Assembly: GCA_003528115.1 (NCBI GenBank)
Contig: DOGZ01000035.1
Span: forward strand, 5,674-61,981
Length of the DNA: 56,308 bases
Origin: Candidatus Omnitrophota bacterium
GTDB lineage: Bacteria; Omnitrophota; Gorgyraeia; Zapsychrales; Zapsychraceae
Reading direction: 5' to 3'
The stretch's first letter is position 1. Each line of letters opens with the position of its first letter. The position numbers and the translations under genes were made by a program. Of this stretch, positions 46,840 through 56,308 are shown piece by piece. The notes under the pieces are model-generated. The model ran no database searches and had not been told where the DNA came from. It was given only the letters and a program-made list of their open reading frames with translations.

Positions 46840-48602
46840 GTGTCAGTTATTCAGAAATTTTAAAGTTAAATAAAGAGTTGGGAGGGAAGCTGAGTTCCTC
46901 AACTTATCAAGTCACTGTTTTATCTAATTGTACGGTAAGCCTTGTTAAGGAGATTTTGGAATATTCATTAAGACTGGAAGGTATTAACGCTTTGGTGACC
47001 ACGGGGGATTATGACAATATTATTCAAGACACCTTGAAATATAAAGATTCAAATTTGATTATTATTTTCTGGGAGTTATGCAATATCATGGATGGCCTGC
47101 ATCATAAAATTGAACTGTTTAATGAGGAACAGATAGGGGAGCTTTTTGAAAAGGTTAAATCTGAAATTGATTTGGCTCTGGAAAATTTAAGCCACTCATC
47201 TCTTGTTTTAATGAATAAATTTACGGCCTTGCCGTTTTATAACTCAAATTTGCATATAAATAATCTTGAACGGCTGGCTGTTCAATTGAATGATTATCTG
47301 AAAAACAAAAAATGGGAGAATGTTATAGTGGTTGATGTCGATAAGGTTGTTGCCAGTCTCGGGCGAGAGAAAAGTATAGATATGAGATATTATTATTCTT
47401 CGAAAGCTTTATACACGGTTGATTTTTTTAAAGATTATGCTGAGCATGTCAAACCGTTGATCATGGCTGTTAGCGGAAAATCGAGAAAAGCCCTTATTTT
47501 TGATTGCGATAATACCCTATGGAAGGGGATTCTGGGGGAGGATGGTTTTGAAAATATTGAGATGTCTGCGATGACAAAGGACGGTTCTATATTTTCCGAG
47601 GTCCAGAATATCGCAAAGGCACTTTACAAGCGGGGTATTTTAATCGGGTTGTGTACTAAAAATAATGAAAAGGACGTCGAAGAGGTCATTAAATCACATC
47701 CGGATATGCAACTGCGGGATGAGCATATTAGCGTCAAAAGAGTGAATTGGTTTGATAAATCAAGGAATTTGATAGAAATCGCTCAGGAGTTGAACATTGG
47801 ATTAGATAGTATTGTATTTGTAGATGATTCGTCATTTGAAGTGGGTTTTATTCAGAAGTTATTGCCTGATGTCAAGGTCTTGCAGGTGCCTGAAAGATTA
47901 AGCGATTATCCTAAGATGTTGAGAGAAAATACAGGTTTATTTCTTGATATGTCGTTGACAGATGAGGATAAAAATAAGACAGAAATCTATAAGGTGCAGA
48001 AAAAAAGGGAGAACGCCAAAGGGGAGTTTTCCAGTATTGAAGACTATCTTGTTTCATTAAAGTTGAAAATGACTATTTTTGAGGATGATGAGACATTGAT
48101 ACCCCGTATTTCGCAGATGAGTCAGAAAACAAATCAGTTTAATTTAACGACTAAGCGCTATTCTGAAATGGATATTAGGGGGTTTATTCAGGATGATGCG
48201 ACAAAGGTGTATGCCTTCGCTTTATTGGATAAATTTGGAGACAGCGGAGTCACGGGGGTGGGCGTTATTCATTTTGATTCTAAGAACCGGACAGGGAATA
48301 TTGACACTTTTTTAATGAGCTGTCGTATTATCGGTAGGAATGTTGAATATGTATTTATGGATTATTTAATAAATGCGATGATGGAGAACAAAGTGGAAAA
48401 AGTAAATGCGATATACATTAAGACGCTGAAGAACGGTTTGACGAGGGATTTTTATGAACAGTGCTCTTTTACTTTAAAGGAAGCTACGGATTCAAGAAAG
48501 AATTATGTTTTGGATATAAGTCAATACCGCTCCAGGCAAATAAACTATATTGAGGTTGTTAATGGAAAAAAAAATAATAAAGATTTTGTCAAATGTGCTT
48601 GA
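46836..48602 (+). CDS. FkbH-like HAD-IIIC glyceryl-ACP loading enzyme
   Basis: FDCDNTLWKGILGEDG, KN, FVDD, KTNQFNLTT-RY, DKFGDSG, FLMSCR. Confidence 0.93.
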   Translation: MSVSYSEILKLNKELGGKLSSSTYQVTVLSNCTVSLVKEILEYSLRLEGINALVTTGDYDNIIQDTLKYKDSNLIIIFWELCNIMDGLHHKIELFNEEQIGELFEKVKSEIDLALENLSHSSLVLMNKFTALPFYNSNLHINNLERLAVQLNDYLKNKKWENVIVVDVDKVVASLGREKSIDMRYYYSSKALYTVDFFKDYAEHVKPLIMAVSGKSRKALIFDCDNTLWKGILGEDGFENIEMSAMTKDGSIFSEVQNIAKALYKRGILIGLCTKNNEKDVEEVIKSHPDMQLRDEHISVKRVNWFDKSRNLIEIAQELNIGLDSIVFVDDSSFEVGFIQKLLPDVKVLQVPERLSDYPKMLRENTGLFLDMSLTDEDKNKTEIYKVQKKRENAKGEFSSIEDYLVSLKLKMTIFEDDETLIPRISQMSQKTNQFNLTTKRYSEMDIRGFIQDDATKVYAFALLDKFGDSGVTGVGVIHFDSKNRTGNIDTFLMSCRIIGRNVEYVFMDYLINAMMENKVEKVNAIYIKTLKNGLTRDFYEQCSFTLKEATDSRKNYVLDISQYRSRQINYIEVVNGKKNNKDFVKCA

Positions 48603-48789
48603 GGTTCCTCAAACGGACTTGGGCGAACATTCTTCTCAAGTCAATGTCGCGAATTGGGACTCATTGAATCATATGAAGCTTGTTGTGGCTTTAGAAGAGG
48701 AATTCGGTGTCAAATTTAAGGATGAGGATATCCTGGAGCTGCAATCTTTTAAACTGATTAAATTTATACTTTCGAAATATTTAAAGTAG
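48562..48789 (+). CDS. Acyl carrier protein
   Basis: WDSLNHM phosphopantetheine site, LEEEFG; GAGG RBS. Confidence 0.92.
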   Translation: MEKKIIKILSNVLEVPQTDLGEHSSQVNVANWDSLNHMKLVVALEEEFGVKFKDEDILELQSFKLIKFILSKYLK

Positions 48790-48803
48790 GGTTACTTTTT
48801 CTC

Positions 48804-49907
48804 ATGGTTGACATAATAGACTACTTTCCTATGGAAAGATGGGAGCAAATGCGCCTTTTCCTGTCGGAGTGTTACAGACTTGATCATGCGATTTGCGATA
48901 GAAAATTTTTCGAGTGGCAATTTCAGGCTGATCCTAGCGATGGTAATGCAAGTGTCTTGTGCGGTTGGGAAAATGACAGATTGGTAGGTATTCTTGGTTA
49001 TTTGCCGTTTTCTGTTCATTGGGGGGAGTTGGGAAATCCATATCCGGCTGTATGGTTGTTGTATTGGATGGTCAGAAAGGAAACTCAACGCGGTTTAGGT
49101 TGGTTATTAACGAAAAGAATTCAGGAAAAATATACATTGTTACTGACGGTTAATGCGAGTGAATTAGGTGGTCCTTTTTTTAAGAAACTTGGTTGGGCAT
49201 TTTTTCCAAGAGTAGCAAGATACACGTGTGTGTTTGATAAAAAGCAGTGTGTGCCCTTACTTTTCCCTTCTGCGATAGAGAGTGATCTGGATAAGATGAT
49301 TTTTAGACCAATTTTTCCTGATCCGGATTCAATCACAGAAGTCGCCCTCAATAAAGAAAATTATCATCCGGATTGGAAGCTTTATTCAGGGTTGTCCTTT
49401 GGAACCGTCCGTTCATTGAGCTATTTAACCTGGCGGTATTTTAAACATCCCGTATTTAAATATTATGTCATTTTGAAAGGGGAAGCTCAACGGCCGGCTG
49501 TTTGTATTTATCGCATTGAAAAGGCGTTTGGGATTTATGATGCTCTTGTCGGGAGAATTGTGGACTTTTTTCATCCGGATGATAAACAGGGGAAAACGGA
49601 TGGTTTAATTTTGATGCAAGGGGTTTTGCAGTATTTGAAGAATAAAGGGTGTTCTTATGTTGATTTTATTTGCTCAAACAGGACCTATAGCCAAACTTTC
49701 CTCGATTTAGGTGCAGATGAGGAGCCTAATGACAGGCAAATATTACCTGTAAGGATAACCCCCATTCAACACACCCTTCGTCATCAGAATTTTGCTTTCC
49801 TTGCTCCCCAGGGGGGGCATTTTCCTGTCCTTGAAAATATGCACATTACAAAATCTGATATAGATGGAGATGGCCCGGCATTGATTCCGAAGAATGATAG
49901 TCGTTGA
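48804..49907 (+). CDS. GNAT/FemAB-like acyltransferase candidate
   Basis: FEWQF, VG-LG, W-V...RGLG acyl-donor loop, YLTWRY--HP, RIVD, terminal DGD; follows the ACP. Confidence 0.6.
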   Translation: MVDIIDYFPMERWEQMRLFLSECYRLDHAICDRKFFEWQFQADPSDGNASVLCGWENDRLVGILGYLPFSVHWGELGNPYPAVWLLYWMVRKETQRGLGWLLTKRIQEKYTLLLTVNASELGGPFFKKLGWAFFPRVARYTCVFDKKQCVPLLFPSAIESDLDKMIFRPIFPDPDSITEVALNKENYHPDWKLYSGLSFGTVRSLSYLTWRYFKHPVFKYYVILKGEAQRPAVCIYRIEKAFGIYDALVGRIVDFFHPDDKQGKTDGLILMQGVLQYLKNKGCSYVDFICSNRTYSQTFLDLGADEEPNDRQILPVRITPIQHTLRHQNFAFLAPQGGHFPVLENMHITKSDIDGDGPALIPKNDSR

Positions 49908-49952
49908 AAAATGGTGAGGTCGATAGTAATGACTTGAATAAATTGGAGGAGT

Positions 49953-51257
49953 ATGAACCGATTAAAGTTGAGAATAGAATGTAATTTAAAAGAGATTCGG
50001 GAAAAAGGGATGCCGTGCATATTCGTTAAGGCCGGTAGGCTTTTATTACGTTTGACAGCTCTGATTCTTGCGATTCCCGTAGTCTTTTTCATCGTCGTTT
50101 TAAAACCATTTATGCGGGTGCGCTTTTTGAAGTTGAGGAGTGACCGGTTAGGACATTATGGTTACGAACCTGAGCGGTATTTGTGTCAACGCGATGCAGG
50201 CTTACACGGCCCCCCGAATTTTGATATTTTTTATAATGAGGGCAATGTCTGTAACAAACAGTTAAAAAAAATGTGGGAATCAAAGCTGCTTGTTTTAAGA
50301 ATTCCTCATATAGCTTTGTTGATGACACAGGTTCGTCTGTTATTAAGGAAATTGCCGGGATGCGGGGAACATGTCTTTGAGATCCAAGGAATCGGTGATT
50401 TTCATCCCTCCTGGTCTCTTTGCCGCACGCAACCGCATTTGCAGTTTACACCGCAAGAAGAGGAGGCCGGCCAGGAGGCCTTGCGGAAGATGGGGATCCC
50501 CTCTGGGGCGCAGTATGTCTGTATTTACGGCCGAGATTCGGCGTATTTAAATCAAGCGTTTTCCAGCCGCGATTGGACGTACCATGATTACCGTGATGAT
50601 GACATTCAGACGTACCTGATGGCCGCCGAGATGCTGACGACACGAGGGCATTACGTCATCCGGATGGGGCATCATGTTAAAGAGGCGCTCAAGACGACGA
50701 ATCCCATGATCATTGATTACGCGGCCAAGGGGTATCGCACGGATTTCCTGGATATTTATCTGCCGGCCACCTGCCGGTTCTTTCTCGGCAACCCTTCGGG
50801 GTTGGTGGCTATCCCCGCGATATTCCGACGACCGATTGCCTACGTCAATTTTAGCCAACCGCCAGGGTTTTATAATTGGGATTTGAATGGAATTTTCATA
50901 TATAAGAGGGTCTGGAAACAGGAGGAAAAACGTTTTTTCTCTTATCAAGAGATGCTTGAATTGAATCTGCCGATTCATTGTTGCCGAAAGGATTTGCCTG
51001 AAATCGCCCGGCTGGGGGAGATCGATATTGTGGATAATACCCCGCAAGAAATTCAGACTCTCGCCATGGAAATGGATGATCGAATCAATGGCCGTTATCC
51101 GCGGATGACAGGAGAGGACAGGAGTCTTCTGAAGAGGTTTAAAGCCCTCTATCCGCACATTCATGATGACGTTAAGTTTTCAACGATTGGCGCAGAATTC
51201 TTGCGGGAGAACGCGGATTTGCTGGAGAAATCCTCGCCTTCCAGAATCCGCGTTTAA
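49953..51257 (+). CDS. TIGR04372-family putative glycosyltransferase
   Basis: RLGH, RD-AY...HDYRD, VIRMG, IIDYA, DIYL---CRFFLG--SG, DNTPQEI. Confidence 0.82.
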   Translation: MNRLKLRIECNLKEIREKGMPCIFVKAGRLLLRLTALILAIPVVFFIVVLKPFMRVRFLKLRSDRLGHYGYEPERYLCQRDAGLHGPPNFDIFYNEGNVCNKQLKKMWESKLLVLRIPHIALLMTQVRLLLRKLPGCGEHVFEIQGIGDFHPSWSLCRTQPHLQFTPQEEEAGQEALRKMGIPSGAQYVCIYGRDSAYLNQAFSSRDWTYHDYRDDDIQTYLMAAEMLTTRGHYVIRMGHHVKEALKTTNPMIIDYAAKGYRTDFLDIYLPATCRFFLGNPSGLVAIPAIFRRPIAYVNFSQPPGFYNWDLNGIFIYKRVWKQEEKRFFSYQEMLELNLPIHCCRKDLPEIARLGEIDIVDNTPQEIQTLAMEMDDRINGRYPRMTGEDRSLLKRFKALYPHIHDDVKFSTIGAEFLRENADLLEKSSPSRIRV

Positions 51258-51310
51258 TAACTATCAGAGTTAATTGAATTCATGTTTAATCAAGGAATGG
51301 GACAAAAGCC

Positions 51311-53083
51311 ATGAAAAGTTGGGACTTTATAGTCGAGATTTTTAGCCGGTTTCCCGGGCTGATGGTCAAGAACATCGTGCTGGTGACGGTGGTCAGCCTG
51401 CTGGGGGCGTGCTCATTGTTTACGATTACCCCGGTGGTTGATTTTCTCATCCACCCGGACCTTCAAGGGGTCAGCCCTTTAACGATTAAAATGATTGATG
51501 GCATGAAGACGTTAGGGCTTCCGGCTTCTTTGACGAGCCTATTGTTGATTGTGGTCCTGTTTATTACGCTGGGCAGTGTTTTGCAGTTGGGGGTGCGCCA
51601 TTCGCTGTTACGGACCAAATACGTGGTTTCCAAGGATATTATGTTGGGGACCTTCAGGGATTTTTGCGCGGCCCGCTGGGGTTTTTTCACGTCGAACAAG
51701 CAGGGTGAATTGATTAATACCCTCACGCGGGAATTGTCCATCGTGGATACGGCGTTCGGGGGGATGGGGCTTCTTTTTTCCGGTATCCTGCAGCTCATCG
51801 TTTTTATTTCGGTGCCGTTCTATATTTCCTGGCAGGTCACGCTCATCAGTTTGACTATTGCTTTTGTTTTCGCGGTCCCCTTTGTCCTTCTTGGAAAAAT
51901 GAATTACCGGTTAGGGCAGTTGAATACTTCCACAGCGAATCAGTTGACTTCTGTCATGCATGAAAGTTTTAATCTGGCCAAACTGGTCCTCGGGTTCGGA
52001 ACCCAGGAAACGGCGATCAATCATCTCAACAGTGTCTACGATGTCCATATCCGCGTTACATTAAAATCGCAGATTTTGAGTCTGGCCGTGCCTATTCTTT
52101 ACCGCCCGTTAGGGATCATCATGCTTGTCGCGGCCTTGTTTGCCGGACGGCATTTTGCCGTGCCGTTGTCGGAATTGACCGTTTTATTGCTGGCCCTCAC
52201 GCAAGTCGCCCAGTCCATCGGCAATATCACGATGTATAAAAACGCGCTGGAAAACTTCGTGCCCAGCTATGAACAGATCCAAAAATTACGGCGCAAGGCT
52301 GGGGAGATGAGGCATGAAATCAAGGATAGGAAGTTTACCGGCTTTCAGAAGGCCATCGAAATTAAGCAATTGACGTTTTCTTACCCGGGACACAGTCCCG
52401 TCCTCACGGATGTCGACGCGTCCATCGCGAAAGGTCAGATGGTCGCTTTTGTGGGAAAATCAGGGACGGGAAAATCCACCCTCATTGATTTAATCATGGG
52501 ATTTTATGAGCCTCAGCAGGGCGCTATTTGTTTTGACGGAACGCCTTTGTCCGAGTTTGATATTGTGTCTTATCGAAAGCGCGTCGGCTATGTGCCCCAG
52601 GACAGCGTGCTTTTTAATATGACGATCCGTGAAAATCTTTTATGGTCCAGCCCCGAGGCCTCGGAAGCGGAAATCAAGACGGCCTGCCGATCGGCCTTCG
52701 CCGATGAGTTTATAGCGAGTTTTCCTCAAGGGTATGAGACATGGGTGGGGGACAGGGGTGTGCGGTTGTCCGGCGGGCAAATTCAGCGGATCGCCCTGGC
52801 CAGGGCCCTTTTGCGAAAGCCCGAGGTCTTGATCCTGGATGAAGCGACCAGTTCGCTGGACACGCATTCAGAACGCTTGATTCAGAAGGCCATTGAAAAT
52901 ATCGCTCATGAGACAACGGTCATTGTCGTGGCTCACCGGCTTTCGACGATCAAGAAGGCGGATTGCATATATGTTTTAGATCAAGGCCGGCTTCTTGAAA
53001 AGGGCACGTATGATGAATTGACCGCTCAAGGCGGATATTTTAATTCCATGGTTCGGCTCCAGGAGTTGGAACCTGTTAAATAA
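51311..53083 (+). CDS. MsbA/PglK-like ABC exporter (TMD+NBD), putative lipid-linked glycan flippase
   Basis: Six TM plus GKSGTGKST, LSGGQ-QR, ILDEATS-LD, AHRLST. Confidence 0.9.
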   Translation: MKSWDFIVEIFSRFPGLMVKNIVLVTVVSLLGACSLFTITPVVDFLIHPDLQGVSPLTIKMIDGMKTLGLPASLTSLLLIVVLFITLGSVLQLGVRHSLLRTKYVVSKDIMLGTFRDFCAARWGFFTSNKQGELINTLTRELSIVDTAFGGMGLLFSGILQLIVFISVPFYISWQVTLISLTIAFVFAVPFVLLGKMNYRLGQLNTSTANQLTSVMHESFNLAKLVLGFGTQETAINHLNSVYDVHIRVTLKSQILSLAVPILYRPLGIIMLVAALFAGRHFAVPLSELTVLLLALTQVAQSIGNITMYKNALENFVPSYEQIQKLRRKAGEMRHEIKDRKFTGFQKAIEIKQLTFSYPGHSPVLTDVDASIAKGQMVAFVGKSGTGKSTLIDLIMGFYEPQQGAICFDGTPLSEFDIVSYRKRVGYVPQDSVLFNMTIRENLLWSSPEASEAEIKTACRSAFADEFIASFPQGYETWVGDRGVRLSGGQIQRIALARALLRKPEVLILDEATSSLDTHSERLIQKAIENIAHETTVIVVAHRLSTIKKADCIYVLDQGRLLEKGTYDELTAQGGYFNSMVRLQELEPVK

Positions 53084-55263
53084 TGACTATGAAAGACATT
53101 GTTAAAAAACGATTGTTGATTACCGGCGTCAGCGGGCTGTTGGGCAATAACCTGGCGTATTGCCTTAAGAATACATATGACATTTTAGGTCTGTACAACG
53201 CGCACGGGGTTGAAATCGAAGGGATCAAGACACGTAAGATCGAGCTCACCTCGGAAACGGCCGTCGAGAAAATTATAGAGGAATTTGATCCGGATATTAT
53301 TATTCACTGCGCGGCGATTTCGGATGTGGATTTCTGTGAAGATCATCAGGATTTGGCCCAACAGGTCAATGTGTCGGGAACACGGTTCCTGGTCAATCAG
53401 GCGCTGAAAAACGGGGCCAAATTTGTCTATATCTCCACGGATTTGCTTTATGGGGATTCGCCGAAGAATCCACTCCCCGAAGATTTTCCTGTTCATCCGA
53501 CCAATTACTACGCTCTGACAAAATATCAAGGGGAGCGGGAGGCGGCACGGGTTCCCGAAGCGCTTATTCTCAGGACAAATCTCTTTGGCTGGAATATCCA
53601 GAACAAATTCAGTTTAGCCGAGTGGGTGATTCACGAGCTTTCCGCCGGGAAAAGAATCCAGGGATTTCAAGACACGTATTTTTCTTCCATCTACACCTTT
53701 GAGCTGGCCCGCATCATTGATCAGGCCATCGAGAAAGACTTGAAGGGCATCTATAATTGCGGCAGTTCCACATTTATGTCGAAAAACGAATTCGCGCGCC
53801 GCATTGCCGACTATTTTCAATTGAACAAGTCCTGCATTCAGGCGATTTCTATTGATCAGGCGCATTTAAAAGCCCCCCGAAGAAAAAATCTCGGACTGGA
53901 TGTGCGCAAAATGGAAGCGGCGTTAGGCCGCGCGTTCCCGACGTTGGAGGAGTCCATAGAGAAATTTTATGACGACTACCAAAAAGGCATTCCCGGCATC
54001 ATTAAACAAAATAATTTCAGGAAAATCTTCCCTGTCCTGGACCATATCCCTTACGGCCGGCAGAGCATTATGCAGGAGGACATTCAGGCGGTGGTCGATG
54101 TTTTAAAATCGAATTATCTGACACAGGGGCCGAAGATCCCTGAATTTGAGAATGGTCTGAGGGATATCACCACAGCGCGCCATTGCGTTGCCGTGAATTC
54201 GGCGACCTCCGCCTTGCATATCGCCTGTCTGGCGGCGGATATCGGGCCGGGGGATGAAGTGATCACAACGCCGATTACGTTTGTGGCGTCGGCGAATTGT
54301 ATTGTTTATTGCGGCGGCAAACCGGTTTTCGCGGATATCGACGCCCGAACGTATAATATTTCCACCCAAGAGATCGAGAAAAAAATAACCGAACGCACGA
54401 AGGCCGTGATCCCGGTTCACTTCGCGGGTCAGAGTTGTGATATGGACGCGATCCGGGACATGATCAGGGTCAAGGAGCGCGCGTACGGACACAGGATTTA
54501 TCTGATAGAAGACGCCTGTCACGCCCTGGGATCATTTTATAAAAATACGCGCGTGGGTTCGTGCGCGTATTCGGATATGACGACCTTGAGCTTCCATCCG
54601 GTCAAACATATCACGACGGGCGAAGGCGGCGCGGTGTTGACGAATGACAAGGGGGTATGGAGGAAACTCTGTTATCTTCGATCGCACGGCATTACCAGTG
54701 ACCCGGAGGAGTTTGTTCATAAAGACACCGCTTTTGAACCAGCCCAGGAGAAGGGGGAAGTCCCGGTCAAGCGCCCCTGGTATTATGAGCAGACGTATTT
54801 AGGGTTCAATTATCGCATTACGGATATGCAATGCGCCCTGGGGTCTTCTCAATTGAAGAAGCTGGATCAGTTCCGACAACGCCGTCGGGAGATTGTGAAC
54901 GCGTACAATGAGGCCTTCGCGCGGACAGACGGCCTCACGATCCCCTATGAGGCCGATGCGGGCGACAGCAATTTCCATCTCTATGTGCTGTTATTTGATT
55001 TTGAGAACATGGAGCTGAACCGCACACAATTGATGCTGAAACTGCGGGAATACGGCGTTTACAGCCAGGTCCATTACATCCCCGTCTACACCCAGCCTTT
55101 TTACCAGAAGACCTTCGCGACGCGATGGGGAGATTGCCCTGAGGCGGAACATTACTATCATCGCTGCTTGTCGCTGCCTCTGTATTCAAGTATGACGGAC
55201 GATGATGTGGGACAGGTCATTACCGCTATCAGGAAATTGGCCAGGATGCGAAGCCGGGTATGA
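53083..55263 (+). CDS. pseC: Fusion of RmlD-like NDP-4-keto-sugar reductase and PseC aminotransferase
   Basis: N-terminal TGVSGLLG, HCAA, YISTD, YALTK; C-terminal IPYGRQ, LTQGP, NSATSALH, EDACHA, SFHPVKHITTGEGG, LGFNYRITD. Confidence 0.88.
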   Translation: MTMKDIVKKRLLITGVSGLLGNNLAYCLKNTYDILGLYNAHGVEIEGIKTRKIELTSETAVEKIIEEFDPDIIIHCAAISDVDFCEDHQDLAQQVNVSGTRFLVNQALKNGAKFVYISTDLLYGDSPKNPLPEDFPVHPTNYYALTKYQGEREAARVPEALILRTNLFGWNIQNKFSLAEWVIHELSAGKRIQGFQDTYFSSIYTFELARIIDQAIEKDLKGIYNCGSSTFMSKNEFARRIADYFQLNKSCIQAISIDQAHLKAPRRKNLGLDVRKMEAALGRAFPTLEESIEKFYDDYQKGIPGIIKQNNFRKIFPVLDHIPYGRQSIMQEDIQAVVDVLKSNYLTQGPKIPEFENGLRDITTARHCVAVNSATSALHIACLAADIGPGDEVITTPITFVASANCIVYCGGKPVFADIDARTYNISTQEIEKKITERTKAVIPVHFAGQSCDMDAIRDMIRVKERAYGHRIYLIEDACHALGSFYKNTRVGSCAYSDMTTLSFHPVKHITTGEGGAVLTNDKGVWRKLCYLRSHGITSDPEEFVHKDTAFEPAQEKGEVPVKRPWYYEQTYLGFNYRITDMQCALGSSQLKKLDQFRQRRREIVNAYNEAFARTDGLTIPYEADAGDSNFHLYVLLFDFENMELNRTQLMLKLREYGVYSQVHYIPVYTQPFYQKTFATRWGDCPEAEHYYHRCLSLPLYSSMTDDDVGQVITAIRKLARMRSRV

Positions 55264-56162
55264 GGAGGATCAAGGGAGTGTCTTCAACATTCTTGACGTC
55301 CAGAATTGCCTTGGGGACGGTCCAGTTTGGTCTGGATTACGGGATTGCCAATAAAGCGGGCCGCGTTCCTCCGCGGGCTGTGAAAGAAATATTGGATTAC
55401 GCTCAAGCCGCCGGGATCAAGTGTCTGGACACGGCGGCGGGTTATGGCCAGAGCGAGAGCGTGCTGGGCGACTATTTGAAAGGACATCCGAAGGTCTTCA
55501 GGATTTTCTCCAAGCTGCCGCCGTTGGAGTCCTATAAGCCCGGGGATGTGAAGGGATTTTTTCAGGTATCGATCTCCCGTTTGCGTGTCGATACCATAGA
55601 CGGGTATCTCATTCATAATTTTCAGAATTTTTTAAAGCATGAAGCCCTGTGGGAGGAAATGGTGGAGTTAAAAAAAAACAAGCGTGTTGAGTCCATAGGG
55701 TTTTCTCTATATTCTCCCGCGGAGCTGGATATGATTTTTGAAAAGAATTTGCCCTGTGACACGGTGCAGGTCCCTTACAGCGTGTTTGACCGCCGGTTTG
55801 AAAACTGGTTTCCTCGTCTTAAGCAAAGAAACATTGAGATCTTTGTTCGGTCAATTTTCCTGCAGGGACTGGCTTTTCTGCCGCTGGAGGCCGTGCCGTT
55901 GAAATTGGAAAAGGCGAAAGGACCGTTAGGCGCCTTGCGAAGAATTTCTCAGGCCAACGCGCTTGGCATCAATAATATTTGCCTGAATTTTGTCCTCTTG
56001 AACCCTCATGTGGATAAGGTTGTGATCGGCATTGATAATCTTCATCAGCTTGAGGCCGACATGGAGGATTTGAGGACCTTTGATCAAGTGACCGGCATCC
56101 GGAATCAACTGGACGATGTTATCATCGACGATGAAAACATTTTGTTGCCTTACCGGTGGTAG
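55260..56162 (+). CDS. Aldo/keto reductase (glycan-locus type)
   Basis: LGTVQFGLDYG, LDTA--YG-SE, K, IGFSLY, QVP, RSIFLQG. Confidence 0.9.
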   Translation: MRRIKGVSSTFLTSRIALGTVQFGLDYGIANKAGRVPPRAVKEILDYAQAAGIKCLDTAAGYGQSESVLGDYLKGHPKVFRIFSKLPPLESYKPGDVKGFFQVSISRLRVDTIDGYLIHNFQNFLKHEALWEEMVELKKNKRVESIGFSLYSPAELDMIFEKNLPCDTVQVPYSVFDRRFENWFPRLKQRNIEIFVRSIFLQGLAFLPLEAVPLKLEKAKGPLGALRRISQANALGINNICLNFVLLNPHVDKVVIGIDNLHQLEADMEDLRTFDQVTGIRNQLDDVIIDDENILLPYRW

Positions 56163-56287
56163 ACAGCCCCAACTTTCCTTTAATAATTATTTAGAGGAAG
56201 TTGGGATGTCCCTGCTTCACCTGAATATTTTTCTAAGGAAAGCAGGGATATTTCGACCTGCGTTCTTTGGAGGATACGGTTCCATTA
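56158..56287 (+). repeat. ~130-bp structured dispersed repeat, copy 2
   Basis: Inverted copy of 23670-23798; its GGTAG start contains the AKR stop codon. Confidence 0.9.
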
Positions 56288-56308
56288 CAGGACTTTGTTA
56301 ATTTTCGA

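Noticed and set aside
56116-56301. 61-aa ORF at the window end
   Set aside because: Lies almost entirely in the non-coding repeat, and the other copy has an indel relative to it.

Overview
Bacterial chromosomal window with no rRNA, tRNA, CRISPR array or transposase. Gene content suggests a diderm, possibly Ca. Omnitrophota/PVC-like organism; this is inference only. It has four blocks. (1) 1-8.9 kb: a truncated Bro-N gene, a sensor-less NarX/NarL-type two-component pair, B12-dependent methionine synthase metH, ccdA-tlpA, a lone receiver protein and metF. (2) 9-14.5 kb and 23.9-29 kb: four polytopic GT-C-like membrane proteins, two paralogous membrane-anchored TPR proteins, and a carbamoyltransferase-SxtJ-SxtK(DUF5989) module. 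The 52-aa SxtK gene is missing from the ORF track and ends in a DltX-like FIYxxF motif. (3) 14.5-23.7 kb: a cobalamin-riboswitch-controlled cobinamide/B12 uptake and salvage operon (btuBFDC-cobC-cobU-cobT-cobS-cobO). (4) 29.2-56.2 kb: a large surface-glycan operon led by an EPS-type MarR regulator. It encodes pseB, an rmlD-pseC fusion, a heptose/higher-carbon sugar block (reversed HldE, GmhA, two radical SAM enzymes, split transketolase, methyltransferases), a low-GC MaoC-FabG/FkbH/ACP/acyltransferase cassette (putative lactyl-ACP route), a TIGR04372 glycosyltransferase and an ABC flippase. Several non-coding palindromic elements occur, including a ~130-bp structured repeat present twice in inverted orientation and a 227-bp element with 20-bp terminal inverted repeats. 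All family assignments come from motif recognition by eye, not database searches.
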